DNA from: Squalus acanthias | Taxonomy: Eukaryota | Assembly (NCBI GenBank): GCA_030390025.1 | Contig: CM059432.1 | Span: 113,772,001 to 113,836,000 of the forward strand | DNA length: 64,000 nt | Direction of reading: 5' to 3' | Shown: in pieces, positions 1 through 13,129 of the stretch | Layout of the letters: the number at the start of each line of letters is the position of its first letter | Position numbering within the stretch: the stretch's first letter is position 1 | Translations under genes and position numbers: made by a program | The notes under the pieces: model-generated | Database searches by the model: none | What the model saw: the letters and a program-made list of their open reading frames with translations, nothing else | What the model was told of the DNA's origin: nothing

Positions 1-799
1 TGCAAACTTGACTTTTATCGCCCCTGGAGGTGATTGGAGCGCTAAATCAGGCGCTACACATCTGTCTTAAGGTGCAAAGGCCGAGGAGCGAGGTGCTAAC
101 TCAGAGCGCTGGCGAAGCTCATATGATGTCAGTCAGCAATGGAACACAGACACAATGGCCTCGGCCAGTTCTTAAAGGGGAGGGTTGATCTTGCTTTCCA
201 TCCACATCCTGCTCATTGCAGCCTTGAATCTCGGCCTGGAGAGACCTGTACATCAAATCTGCTGGAAAGAACAATGGAGAGGACCAGGCAAAGAGCTCAG
301 AGTGCAGCCCCCACAGTCTCTTCTAAATCGATACAAGGAAGGGCAAATCGAAATGAACCTGCAAAGTGCTGCTCAGTACACAAAACTCCTTCACACAGCG
401 TTGAATCTCTCCAGAAGTCTCTCTCTCTCAGAATGCGTGGTTCAAAAATGTCGCCAACAAAAAAAGGCAGGAAGCGGTCACCTTTAAATAGCACTCCCCC
501 AGTCCCTTCCTGACTGCAAAACGCTCCCCTTAACCTGTCGTTGCTAGCGGCAGGCGGTAAGGCAGGGGGCGCCACTCAATATCTGCTCCGGGGCACTACC
601 GGGGCATTGCGCACTCGACTGATGTCACGATCTGCCGGCGCAGGAGATCGTGGCGGTACTGTTTAGCGCCGCCGCAAAATGTCTAGTTAATTTCGCGAGC
701 GGCGCAAACATCGCTGCGCCCTGGCGCTAGTTGCTTTGCGACCCATTAGCGCCCTCTTAAGGCGCTAACGGGAGGCGCAACCAACTGAATTTTTCCCCC
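1..799. mobile_element. PIF/Harbinger-type non-autonomous element (right part; left end outside the window)
   Basis: GC-rich, rich in GCGC/TAGCG motifs; ends GAATTTTTCCCCC followed by TAA, like the termini of the TIR elements at 31495-32004 and 36846-37579. Confidence 0.65.
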
Positions 800-1168
800 T
801 AAACTTTTCTCTGTGCAGAACCTGTGTACTTTCTGTGTATTTCCAGCATCCGTCATTTAAAAAAAAATATCTATGCTATATTTAAAGGGGGAGTGTTTTA
901 GGATGATAATAGGCCCAGAAAGTAGAAAATTGTTCTGATGCCCAGCACAAACATCCCTCACTACAAAGCAGTGAGAAAAAAGCTGCAACTAAGCTTCCTG
1001 TTGTTGTTCCTGTTTGGATTAATTGATTAACACAAAGTCCTGTTATATAAGCAATAGAGCTGGGGGCAACCAATGGTAGACATTCGCATATCAGGACTGA
1101 GGATGCCATTATTGACCAGTTAAGGAGCTAAGCTGAAATTGGCAACAATTTGCATGTTTCAGGGCAGT

Positions 1169-1638
1169 GGCAGCTGTGGCTCAGCTGGTAGCACCCTCGC
1201 TTCTGAGTCAGAAGGTTGTGGGTTCTAAGTCCCACTCCAGGAACTTGAGCATATAAAACTAGGCTGATACTCCAGTGCAGTGTTGAGGGAGTGCTGCACT
1301 GTTGGAGGTGCTGTCTTTCGGATGAGAAGTTAAACCAAAGTCGCGTCTGCCCTCAGGTGGACGTAAAAAATCCCAAGGTGCTATTTTGAGGAAGAGCAGG
1401 GGAGTTATCCCCGGTGTCCTGACCAATATTTATCCCTCAATTAACATGACAAAAAAACAGATTATCTGATCATTATCACTTTGCTGTTTGTGGGAGCTTG
1501 CTGTGTGCAAATTGGCTGCCGCGTTTCCCACATTACACCAGTGACTACACTCCAAAAGTACTTCATTGGCTGTAAAGCGCTTTGAGATGTCCGGTGGTTG
1601 TGAAAGGCGCTATATAAATGCAAGCCTTTCTTTTCTTT
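1169..1638 (+). mobile_element. tRNA-derived Deu-domain SINE (SacSINE1/AmnSINE-like)
   Basis: A-box TGGCTCAGCTGG and B-box-like GGTTCTAAGTCCC, then CCAGTGCAG..GAGGGAGTGCTGCACTG..GGAGGTGCTGTCTTTCGGATGAG body and L2-like tail AGGCGCTATATAAATGCAAG; second copy at 60529-60975. Confidence 0.8.
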
Positions 1639-2444
1639 GGCAGGAATCTGCTTCAATCAGGATTTCATATCTACGAATATTGTTGAATTTCCTGTTTGGT
1701 TTAATTGGGGTTGATGTACTGATTGTATTGAATGTATTGGCACAGCTCCCACCGGTTATTAATGCTGCTCCTTCAACTGCTGGACTAGTTTGGCCGAACC
1801 CACTTCAGTCTCATTCAGCCCCTTGGACTAACTTGAATGGTTCTTTGATGAAATAACGGAGACGGTTACTGAAGGTTGATGTTATGTATATGGACTTTCA
1901 GAAGGTGTTTGATAAAGTACCACATAATAGACTTGTTAGCAAAATTGAAGCTCTTGGGATTAAAGGGAGAGTGGCAGCATGGACACAAAACTGGCTGCAA
2001 GGCAGAAAGCAACGAGTAGTGGTGAATGGAGGGAATTATACTATGGTATCCCCCAGGGGTCGGTATTGGGAGCACTGCTCATTTTGATCTATATTAATGA
2101 CCTGAACTTCGGTATAGAGGCCATTATTTCAAAGTTGGCGGATGACACAAAGCTTGGAAATTTAGTAAACAGTGAGGAGGATAGTAGCAGACTTCAGAAG
2201 GAACTAGACTGGTGAAATGGGCAGACAGGTGGCAGATGAAATTTAATCTAGAGAAGTGTGAAGCGATGCATTTGGAAGGAAAAATGAGGAGAGGCAATAT
2301 AAACTAAATGGCACAATTTTAAATTAAGTGCAAGAACAGAGAGACCTGGGGATGTATGTAAACAAATCTTTGAAGGTGGCAGGTAAAGTTGAGAAGGCTG
2401 TTAAAAAAGCATACTGAATCCTTGGCTTTATTAATAGACTTTTA

Positions 2445-4393
2445 GGGCTAGAAATTCGTTATAGCCAAGCAATGGCCGATGTTAGGACAAAAGATGGTGA
2501 ATTAGCTCCAGGCGAAAATGCTCCAGACTGCACGCAAAATTCATCCTCACTGCTAAATAAAATGATTGGAGTCTTAAATCAAGTCTAAAAACCCAAGCTC
2601 ATTGGTGTTACACTTAAAGGTTGGACCAATATCGGGGGCAGTCTAATCGCAACTCATGATTGCCACAGGCTTTTTCCACTACTTAAAGGGGAAGTTCATT
2701 GATGCTGCAACACCTCATTCTCAGCATTGCTGGCTGTGCAGCTGCCTCAACAACCATTAGAAGAAGGACAAGGAGCACTTATTTACAAATCCTCATGGCA
2801 GATCGCCGCCCCAGGGAGAGAGCCCGCAGGTTTTCCCATGAAGCTTTGAAGGCATTGGTTTTAGCGCTGGAGAGAAGGCAAGCAGTCCTGTAATCACCAA
2901 CTGACAGGAGGCCCTCGCCACAAGTCTGCCACACTATGTGGAGGGAGGTGGCACACCACATCACGGACCTCCCATCTGGAAGCCCGGTTGTCCAGCTGCC
3001 TCCTCCCTCCCTCCTGCTCCTCGTCTTCTTCCTCCTCGTCTTCTTAACATAAGAACATAAGAACATAAGAAATAGGAGCAGGAGTAGGCCAATTGGCCCC
3101 TCGAGCCTGCTCCGCCATTCAATAAGATCATGGCTGATCTGATCCTAACCGCCAATCTACTATCACAGAACCATCTCCTGAACCCAACAGAATTGGACAC
3201 ACGAAAATAGGAGCAGGATCAGGCTACATGGCCCCTGGGCCCGCTACGCTACCCACAGGGCCATGACCGATCCGAACCTATGCTCATGTCCAAATTCCTG
3301 CCCGCTCCCCGTAACCCTTAATTCCCTTTACTTCTAGGAAACTGTCTATTTCTGTTTTAAATTTATGTAATGATGTAGCTTCTACAGCTTTTTGGGGCAG
3401 CATATTCCATGGACCTACCACCCTCCGAGTGAAGTAGTTCCTTCTCATCTCAGTTTTGAAAGAGCAGCCCCTTATTCTAAGACTATGCCCCCTAGTTCTA
3501 GTTTCACCCATCATCGGGAACATACTCCCCACATCCACCCGATCCAACCCCTTCACAATTTTATATGTTTCAATAAGATCGCCTCTCATTCTTCTGAACT
3601 CCAATGAGTAGAGTCCCAATCTACCCAACCTCTCCTCATATGTCCATCCCCTCATCCCCGGGATTAACCGAGTGAACCTTCTTTTTACTGACTCAAGAGC
3701 AAGTATGTCTTTTCTTAAGTATGGACACCAAAACTGTATGCAGTATTCCAGGTGCGGTCTCACCAATACCTTCTTCCTCTTTGTCCTAATCCTCCTCGAT
3801 CTGCGCACATGTTCTCATCTTTTTCGCTGCCTACGCTCCCTCCGCTATAGATCCTGGAGGGCGAGTTGGCATGCCAGTACAGCCCCCATTAATTTTACCA
3901 GGTGTTGCTGTTTGAATCTTTGAAGAATAAATGTAGCTACTTTGTACTTGCCACAAGACCTCTGATACAAATGAACCTTGAAGCTACTCAATTAAACCGT
4001 TGCAGTAGCTGAAACTAACAAAAAGCCACTGAAACTGCATTAACCTAATAGGTGTGAGTGATTACTGATGATCCCTTTAAATAAAGTCCCTGCAGCCGGC
4101 TTCCTGGTGCTGCACGCCAGCTCTCCCTGTTGGTGTTTACGCCAGGTGGTGAGGTAAGTGGCTAAAAGCAATTTGGGAAATCCGGCATTCAGTGAGAGTT
4201 GCACACTCACTGACGTCACGATCTCCCTGGTGTTGCAGTCCCTGGCAATAGCTGTTACCGGCAGCACTAGGGGGGTCCCGATTTGGTGTGTGGTGCTGGA
4301 TTCGTCTCGCCCTGTCCGTACTATTCTCAATGCCACATTAGCACCATCTACTGGCGCTAACGGGCAGTGCTAAGGGGACGAATTTTTTCCCCC
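2445..4393. mobile_element. Internally deleted PIF/Harbinger transposon (Myb/SANT ORF start on +) with a nested CR1
   Basis: Termini GGGCTAGAAATTCG ... CGAATTTTTTCCCCC; MADRRPRERARRFSHEALKALVLALERRQAVL is a Myb/SANT-like N-terminus; CR1 reading frame resumes on both sides. Confidence 0.75.
3047..3769 (-). mobile_element. 5'-truncated CR1 LINE with duplicated 3' UTR
   Basis: ORF 3284..3808 LVRPHLEYCIQFW..TRGH..GIKGYGERAGIWT; (AACATAAG)3 tail at 3047-3070. Confidence 0.9.
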
Positions 4394-4950
4394 TCGAGTA
4401 CAAAAACAAGGAAGTGATGGTTAACCTTTATAAATCAGCTAGAGTATTGTGTCCAATTCTGGGCACCACACTTTAGGAAGAATGTCAAGGCCTTGAAGAG
4501 GATGTAGAAGAGATTTACCAGAATGATACCAGGGATGCGGGACTTCCGTTATGTGGAGAGACTGGAGAAGCTGGATTGTTCTTCCTGGAGCAGAGAAGAT
4601 TAAGGGGTGATTTAATAGAGGTGTTCAAAATTATGAGGGGGTTTGATAGAGTAGATAAGGAGAAACTGTTTCCAGTGGCAGAAGGGTCGGTAACCAGAGG
4701 ACACAGATTGAAGGTAATTGGCAAAAGAACCAGAGGCGAGATGAAGAGACCTTTTTTTACTCATTGAGTTGTTGTGATCAGGAATGCGCTGCCTGAAAGG
4801 GTGGTGAAAGAAGATTCAATAGTAACCTTCAAAACGGAATTGGATCTCTACTTAAAGAAAAATTTGCAGGGCGATGGGGAAAGAGCAGGGGAGTGGGACT
4901 AATTGGTAGCTCTTTCAGAGAGCTGGCACAGGCACGATGGGTCCAATGGC

Positions 4951-5305
4951 CTCATAGAATCATAGAATAGTACAGCACAGAAGGAAGGCATTTGGCCCAT
5001 TGAGTCTGTGTCGGCTCTTTCAAAGAGCAATCCCATTAGTCCCCCGCTCCTTCCCCATATCCCTGCAATTTTTTTCTCCTTCAAGTATTTATCCAATTCC
5101 CTTTTGAAGGCTACTATTGAATCTGTTTCCACCACCCTATCAGGCAGTGCATTCCAGACCCTAACCATTCATTGCGTTAAAAAAAGGTTTCCTCATGTCG
5201 CCTCTGGTTCTTTTGCCAATCACCTTAAATCTGTGCCCTCTGGTTATCGACCCTTCAGCCATTGGAAACAGTTTCTCTTCATTTACTCTATCTAAACCCA
5301 TCATG
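4951..5305 (-). mobile_element. Short CR1 3' fragment inserted inverted into the 3' UTR of another CR1
   Basis: CATAGAATCATAGAAT tail; minus-strand GLDRVNEEKLFPMAEGSITRGHRFK. Confidence 0.85.
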
Positions 5306-6254
5306 ATCATGTCTCCTTCTGTGCTGTATGATTCAATGATTCTAACAAGAAGGCGAGGAAGACCAAGCCATTGGATAGACAATGTCGAGTGACTTGTCAC
5401 AGAAAGTGATACAGATGACCGAAGTGACCAGGCGAGTTCAGAACTGACAACAATGGCATGAATACTTTCGGCCCCATTGTTGCTGCTCAGCTGACAGGCG
5501 GGAATTTAAAAGTTGTATGTCATAAAAAATATTTTTCTCATTGATGCCTTTAGCTGTGTTGGGCACCAAGGACTGTGTTGGGGGAAGAAGGGGGCAGAAA
5601 TAAAAAATTCAAAGGCCAATTTCAGCTATGCACTAGATGGCAGAATGATTGATTGCCTTGTTCAAACTGGCAGAAGATGTACTTTTTGCCCCTGACATGC
5701 CAGTTTTGTTTGCTGCTTCCAAGTCTGACTTCAGGTGTTGAATTTCTCAAGGGTTCTGCCCACTTCCCATTGTGATGAGTTGTGTGAATGCACAAAGCAG
5801 AACTGAGTCCGCGAGTGCACAGGAATAATATGTTTCCCTAGGTGTACGGTAACACATTTTGGAGCTGAAACTCTTTGTCTGCAGTTCTATTGTACAGGAA
5901 GTAACTACCTGATTTGCAGTTACAATTGAGCGGTGTGGCTTGTGCTTTTAACTCAAGACAGATAAAAGCCATTGGGGTGGCTGCCTGGGCAAGTTCTGTG
6001 GTGGCTACATCCCTGGCCCAAGTCATCCACCAGGAAGAACATTACTTTGCCATTGATGACTGATTTCTCTTCCCCCCCCACCCCTCCCCCCCCCCCCAAT
6101 CTTCCCCATATCTCCTGGTTGAATGAAGAATGGATCTGTTTTGTGGATTTGGATTTCTTCTTCATCAGATATCACCAGTAAAGCAGTACAGTGTCACACT
6201 CTACTGTGCAGGCCTGCTTGATTGTGTTGTCACTTTCGTTCTCTTTCTTCATAG

Positions 6255-6396
6255 TGATGACCTTACTGTAACAGGAACAGACAACTGCACGTTCAATGGC
6301 TGCCAGAAAGCCTTCGGAAAAGATGATTTTACAAAGATTCCGAATGGGGTGAATGGTGTGGAGGACAGGATGTCCATCATATGGGAGAAAGGAGTG
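6255..6396 (+). CDS. DPYS: Dihydropyrimidinase exon (equivalent to human exon 6), 142 bp
   Basis: ttcatag| ... |gtaagt; [47 protein letters not shown]; the GTDNC motif keeps the metal-ligand Asp that CRMP1-4 lack. Confidence 0.97.
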
Positions 6397-7083
6397 GTAA
6401 GTGTCATTTAAACATTGAGATTCAATAATTCTGATGTATAGTTATAGATCTTCAGGGTTGTTATCCAGTTGGGGGAGGAAGGAATTAGCATTAGGAGTAA
6501 ACGCACCAGCATTGAGGCAAGGATTTGGTTCAACCAGTTCTAGGTTGGCCACATGAATAGTTTAACGATTCAAAATGTGTCAGATTACATTCACATTCAC
6601 ACAACTTACATGCTGGATAATGCTGAAAAGAAAGACCTGCAACACTTTGCCAAGTTATTCCATCAAACCCTTCAATAAGACCAAGGACACTCCAAGTATG
6701 TGCTCACAACTGGTTTAAATGTGACTTCCATGTCCCATTTCTAAGTGAAGACAAGTGCATTGCACTTTTGCCCATCATTCGGTCTGATGATTAAACCTAC
6801 CAATCTGATTATTTTCCATCCCATTCATTTTAAAGGCAGAAAATCCTGTGATTTTCCAAGATGCTCTCCTGGTGAGTGCAGGAGTGTGGAATCACCCCAT
6901 ATATATACTTGACTAATGTAGCAGCAGAACCTGCAGGAAAGCAGCTATTTCCCAGGGGTTTAATGATAAGACTTTGGAGAACGCAGCTGAGTTGAGGCCT
7001 GGTCTGAGTGTGGGAAACGGTTCCCAGTCTTTACAAATTTAAAATATTTGACAAGTATTTGTTTAAAAATAATTGTATTTGAC

Positions 7084-7360
7084 CATAAGAACATAAGAAC
7101 ATAAGAAATAAGAGCAGGAGTAGGCCATACAGCTCCTCGAGCCTGCTCCACCATTCAATAAGATCATAGCTGATCATTGACCTCAACTCCACTTTCCCGC
7201 TCGATCTCCATATCCCTTGATTCCCCTAGAGTCCAAAAATCTATCTATCTCAACCTTGAATATACTCAAAGACTCAGCATTCACAGCCCTCTGGGGCAGA
7301 GAATTCCAAATTCTCTCTGAGTGAAGAAATTTCTCCTCATCTCAGTCTTAAATGGCCGGC
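7084..7360 (-). mobile_element. CR1 3' end fragment
   Basis: (CATAAGAA)3 tail followed by typical CR1 3' UTR and ORF2 end. Confidence 0.85.
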
Positions 7361-7801
7361 CCCTTTGTTTACTCTTTGTTTAAAACTGAATGTGCAGTCA
7401 TACAATCACTATTGTGTCGATTCTAAGTGATTTCAGCTGCATCGGAAGGCGGAAGCAGCTGTATAATTTGGTCTTGACGTGACTCCGAGTGCTACCAGTG
7501 TGAACTTGCACTGAGTGCATTGTACTTCCAACCCACCGCAAACACCACACTTTAAAAGTGCCTCGGTGATCCACTGAACATTCTGAAGACGTTCTTCAAT
7601 GTTTTTAATAATTAATAGAAAGCAGACAGCCTCATTCATGCTCCCGTAAATTAGCAGTCTGGGGAATGAGCACAAGTGCGCAGAACTCTATAGTCAGTGA
7701 CCTCCGAGAGACCTACAGTGATGCGCAATCAGCAGTATAACGCCAGTTTTCTGGCTGTGCATTGCACTCCAGATACTGGTCCATTACAAATGACTTTTTA
7801 A

Positions 7802-8038
<237 letters not shown>

Positions 8039-8106
8039 TAAAGCGACTGACTGGAGAAAAAATACAGACATTTCCCTCTTTGCTAATTTCCTTTGCTAAA
8101 GACATT

Positions 8107-11050
8107 GAGGTAGAAATTGGTATGTGCTGTGCCTGTTTTTGGCATAAAGTAGGCGCATAGCATACCAATTTAGCAGTGAGACGGCCTGCCACCCACTTTG
8201 CACAGATGTTGGGCCCACTGCTAAATTGGTGGGACGCAGTTTTTAAGCATTCCAGGCGGATGCCTAAAACAGGTATTAGACTCCTTGAATATGTTAAATA
8301 GGGGCCTGTTGAAGGACCCCTCGAAAAAATTAGTTCCCAACGATCAAGGCTGCTCTGCTCAGGATTCTTCAATGGCCACCAACTAAAAGTAAGTATAGAA
8401 TCATAGAAACTTACAGCACAGAAGGAGGCCACTCGGGCCATCGTGCCTGTGCGGGCTCTTTGAAAGAGCAGTCCTGCTTAGTCCCACACCCTGCTTTTTG
8501 TCCTTAACCCTGTAAGTTCCTCATTCTCAAGAACCTGTCCAACTCCCTTTAAAAATTATTTATGGTATCAGCTTCTACCACCTTTTCAGGTCGAGCGTTC
8601 CAGATCCCGACAACTCTCTGAGTGAAAACATTTCTCCTCATCTCGCCTCTAGATCTTTTGCCAATGATTTTAAATCTATGACCTTTGGTTATTGACCCGC
8701 TCGCCAGAGGGAATAGTTTTTCTCTATCTACTCTATCAAAACCTCTCATCTTCGTGAAAACCTCTGTTAGGTCACCTCTTAACCTTCTCTGTTCCAAGAA
8801 TAGTCCTAACTTTTCCAACTTCTCCTCATCACTGAAGTCCCTCATCCCTGGTAACATCCTGGTAAACCTCCGCTGTACCCTTTCTAAGGCCTTTACATCT
8901 TTCCTGAAGTGTGGTGCCCAGAATTGTCCGCAATACTTCAGCTGAGGCTGAACCAAAGATTTATAAAGTTCTAGCATGATCTATTTGCTTTTATATTCTA
9001 TTCCTCTATTTATAAACCCAAATAACCCATATACTTTTTAACCACCTTATCAACTTGCCCTGCCACCTTTAAGGATTTCTGTATATGGACACCAAGGTCT
9101 CTCTGTTCATCTACACTTTTCAAAATTGTGCCATTTATAGTATACTGTCTTTCCATATAGTCCTCCCAAAGTGCATCACTTCACACTTCTCTGCATTAAA
9201 CGCCATCAGCCACGCTTTTGCCCATTTCACCATCCTGTCTATGTCATCCTGAAGCCTATGACTATCCTCATCACTATCTACTATTTTGCCAAGTTTCGTA
9301 TTATCTGCAAACTTTATAATGCTGCTCCCTACACCCGAGTCTAGGTTGTTTATAAAAATTGAAAAGAGTAATGGACCCAAAACTGACCCTTGGGGAACAC
9401 CACTGCAAACCACCTCCCAGTCTGCAAAACATCCATCCATCACCATCCTTTGCATCCTGTCACTGAGCCAATTTCATATCCATACCCCGACTTTCCCCTT
9501 AATTCACTGGGCTTCCATCTTCTTAACAAACCTCCTGTGTGGCACTTTGATGAATGCCTTCCGAAAGTCCATATACACATCCACTGCACTACCTTAATCA
9601 ACCTTCTCTGTTACCTCATCAAAGAATTCAATCAAGTTAGTCAGACACAATTTGCCTTTAACAAATCCGTGCTGGCTCTCCTTGATTAACCCATGCCTTT
9701 CCAAATGAAAGTTTATTTTGTCCCTGATAATGGTTTCCAATAACTTCCCCACCACCGATGTTTGGCTGACTGGCCTGTAGTTTCCTCGTTTAGCCCTCTC
9801 CCCTTTCTTGAATAGTGGTATAACATTAGTAGCCCTCCAGTCCTCTGGCACTACTCCCGTATCCAATGAGGATTGAAAGATTGTGACCAATGCCTCTGCT
9901 ATTTCTACCTCTGCTTCTACCAGCAACCTAGGATGCATTCCATCTGAACCAGGTGACTTACCAACTTTCAGTAGTGCTAATAATTTTAGTACGTCTTCTC
10001 TATCTATTACTATCCTGTCAATAACTTCCCTCTCCTCTTCTAGTGTAACCTTCACATCATCCACTTCCTTTGTGAAGACAGATGCAAAGTACTCATTTAA
10101 TACTTTAGACATGTCCTCTGCCTCTACATGAAGATTTCCCTTTGGATCCTTAATAAGGCCAACTTAGTCCCTAGCGAACCTCTTACACTATGTTTATAAA
10201 ATGTTTTAGGGCTCAATTTAATGTTGCCTGCTAATCTTTTCTCGTAACCTCTCTCTGCCTCCCATATTAGCTTTTTCAATTCTCTCCTGTACTTTCCATA
10301 ATCTTACTGGTTATTAACTGAATCTTGCTCCTTACTTTTATCATACTTTTTCTGTTTTATTTTAACTTTTATTTCCTTTGTCATCCAGGGCACATTAGCT
10401 TTGGATGCTCTACCTTTTCCCTTCAAAGGAATAGGCCGAGTGTGTATCTGAACTATCTCTTCCCTGAATGCCCTTCATTGCTCCGTTCTGCTTCACCTGC
10501 AATCGCCTTTTCCAATCTACTTGGGCTAGATTCCTTCTTAAATCACTGAAATTAGCTCTTCCCCAGTTCAGCACTTTCACCTTTGATATTTTCTGGTCCG
10601 TTTCCATAATTACTCTAAACTGAATTATGTTGTGGTCACTTTTAGCTAGATGATCTCCTACTGTAACACACTCCACTCAACCTACTTCATTTCCCAGAAC
10701 CAGATCCAACACTGCTTCCTTCCTTGTTGAACTGGAGACATATTGATCGAGAAAGGTCTCCTGTACACGTATCAGACATTCCTCTTCTTCCCTACTCTTG
10801 GCACTATGTTTTTCCCTAAGTATGGAAATAGTTTATAAAAAACACTTCCATTGGTGCCAGGAGGAGTAGGAGTATTCCCTGATTCCACAGGTATTGTGAT
10901 AGCCCCCGCTCCCCCAGTTCTGACGAGAAGCCTGTAGAGGCACGACCGCCGGCAGCTGCTCGCCCCAAGTTTGCAGATCCTCGGGCCTCTTGCTTCAGCG
11001 TGCACTACTCGCGTGTCCCCCGAAAACGGTCCCAAACAAATTTTTATTCC
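8107..11050. mobile_element. Probable Harbinger-type MITE interrupted by the CR1 at 8396-10770
   Basis: ATT|GAGGTAGAAATTGG ... CAAATTTTTATTCC|ATT; degenerate TIRs, 3-bp TSD. Confidence 0.45.
8396..10770 (-). mobile_element. Degenerate CR1 LINE ORF2 (end of endonuclease, RT, 3' UTR)
   Basis: Fragmented ORFs 10410..10676 (SDHN), 9594..10112 (KSPGSDG, NYRPVS), 9135..9455 (GVPQGSVLGP) and 8549..8977; TAGAATCATAGAA tail. Confidence 0.92.
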
Positions 11051-11206
11051 ATTGACTTAATGCCAGGCACCTGCTGTATCTTGACCAAGTTGCTATGATA
11101 CATGTTTTAAACTTGACAGCAAGTAAACTTGGCAGGTTATTTTACCATGGAGGCAATCACAGCCAACATCTATCCTGTCTCAAGCCAATTTTCACGCACT
11201 TACAAA

Positions 11207-11440
11207 GGCAAAGCAAAAAACTGTAGATGCTCGAAAACTGAAACAAAAATATAAAATGCTGGAAACACTCAGCAGGTAAGTTAGCATCTGTGGGGAGAAT
11301 GGACAAGTTCATATTTCAGTTATGGACCTTTTGTCAGAACTGCGACAAATGGCTGATACCTGAGACGTTAACTTGCCTGTTCTGGCCACAGTTGCTGACT
11401 GACCTGCTGAGTGTTTCCAGCTTTTCCTATTTTTGTTCCA
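11207..11440. mobile_element. Old palindromic Penelope-derived element with decayed hammerhead motif
   Basis: AAAATGCTGGAAACACTCAGCAGG..GCATCTGTGG is inverted by CCACAGTTGC..CCTGCTGAGTGTTTCCAGCTTTT; homologous to 57817-57941. Confidence 0.65.
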
Positions 11441-11475
11441 TGCATATATACTTTTTCAGGGTTGTTAGATAGAGA

Positions 11476-12480
11476 TCAACAACAACAATTTGCGTTTATA
11501 TAGTGCCTTTAACATAGAAAAACATCCCAAAGGTGCTATAGACAAAAATGGATACCAAGAAAAAGGAGATATTAGGAGTGGTGATCAGAAGCTTGATCAG
11601 AGAGGTGGATTTTAGAAGGGTCTTAAAGGAAGAGGGTGTGTTGGAGAGACGGAGAGGTTTAGGGAGGGAATTCCAGAGCATAGGGCCTAGATGGCTGATG
11701 GCATGGCCGCCAATGGAAGTGGGGGGTTGGATGAAGGGAGGCAGAGAGTGCAGAATTGGAAGACCGGAGAGTTTGGGAGGAGGTTTTAGAGATAGAGAGC
11801 AGCGAGGCCAATGTAGATCAGGAAGGACAAGAGTGATTAGTGAGTGGAAGTTAGAGCGTGATAGGATATGGGCAGCAGAGTTTTGGCTGAGTTGCAGTTT
11901 ACGGAGGGTGGAGAAAGGGAGGCAGGCCAGAAATTAAGCCTGGAGATGGTAAAGGTATGGATGAGTGCTTCAGTGGTAGATGGACTGAGGCGAGGCTGAG
12001 ATGGGTGATGTTACGGTATTGAAAATAAACGGTCTTTGTGATGGAGAGGATTTGAAGTCAGAAGTTCAGGTTGTGGTCAAATAGGAAAACAAGGTTGCAA
12101 ACGGTTTGGTTCACTCTGAGATCGTGGCCGGGGAGGGGAATGGAATCGATGGCAAGGATACAGAGTTTGTGACAGGGTCTGAAGACAATGGATCCAGCCT
12201 TTCCAGTGTTAAACTGGAGGAAATTGCAGCTTATCCAAGACTGGATGTCGGACAAGCAGTCAGACAACTGAGTTAGTGGAGGGATCATGACAAGTGGTGA
12301 AGAGGTGGAGCTAGGTGTTGTCTGCCAATGACACAATGTCTTCGGATGATGTTACCAAGTGGCAGCATGTAAATGAGAAAGAACAGGGGCCCAAGGATAG
12401 ATCTGAAGCAAACGGTGTGGGGATGGGAAGAGAAGCCATTGCTGGAGAGACTTGGTTTACAATTGGCTAGGTAAGAGTTA
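11476..12480 (-). mobile_element. L2 LINE 3' fragment
   Basis: (CAA)n tail; minus-strand LWNSLPKPLRLS..SSFKTLLK and LSDCLSDIQSWISCNFLQFNTGK. Confidence 0.85.
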
Positions 12481-12593
12481 AATCTATTGCTAACTGAACA
12501 GGCTCCTGTTGATTCTGATTTGTATTAGTGGTGCAGTTTTCAGCTCCTCTTCAGTTTACTGTAGTTTTTATTTGCTCTTTCCATCTCAAACAG

Positions 12594-12801
12594 GACTATT
12601 TCAGCCAAAACACATCATCAGGTTGTTGACTTCAACATTTTTGAAGGCATGGTCTGCCATGGGGTCCCGTTAGTCACCATTTCACGAGGTAAAGTGGTGT
12701 TTGAAGATGGAATGCTACACGTTGTGCCAGGGGACGGGAAGTATATTCCACGGAAACCATTTGCAGAGTATGTCTTCAAGCGCGTCAAACAATATGATAA
12801 G
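12594..12801 (+). CDS. DPYS: Dihydropyrimidinase exon (equivalent to human exon 8), 208 bp
   Basis: aaacag| ... |gtcagt; [69 protein letters not shown]. Confidence 0.97.
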
Positions 12802-13129
12802 GTCAGTGATTGCCTTAAAATAAAATTCTGGTACAGGCTGGAAATCTCCACTCACCTGTTAGCTTGCGGCTGAGTCTCTTCCCGGGTATGTTCGATTTTC
12901 CAGCTTGCCATTAACACTTACATGTTTATCCCACTTTAAGTCACCTTCAAACTGTCATTCCTTCTCATTGTGCTGTGTCTTTTGCTTTGGGTTAGCGTGG
13001 CTCTTGCCCCCTCAACTGGATAGCTCAAATTGCTCATGTATAGATTCATTGCTTCTGATCGAAATACAACTTTGGCTGTCTGATAGAGATATTTCAAGTG
13101 CTTGAAAAAGTAATCTGTGGTGTGATGTG

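Larger units (their letters stand above)
1850..5343 (+). mobile_element. Degenerate CR1 LINE ORF2 3' half and 3' UTR, split by a Harbinger derivative (2445-4393) and an inverted CR1 piece (4951-5305)
   Basis: YMDFQKVFDKVPH, GIPQGSVLG and LADDTKLG motifs at 1884-2215; continues EYKNKEV..LEQRRLRGDLIEVFK at 4396-4767; tail TATGATTCAATGATTCT near 5326-5343. Confidence 0.85.

Noticed and set aside
1169..1245. tRNA gene
   Set aside because: A and B boxes belong to a SINE head; no full cloverleaf, and it runs on into the SINE body.
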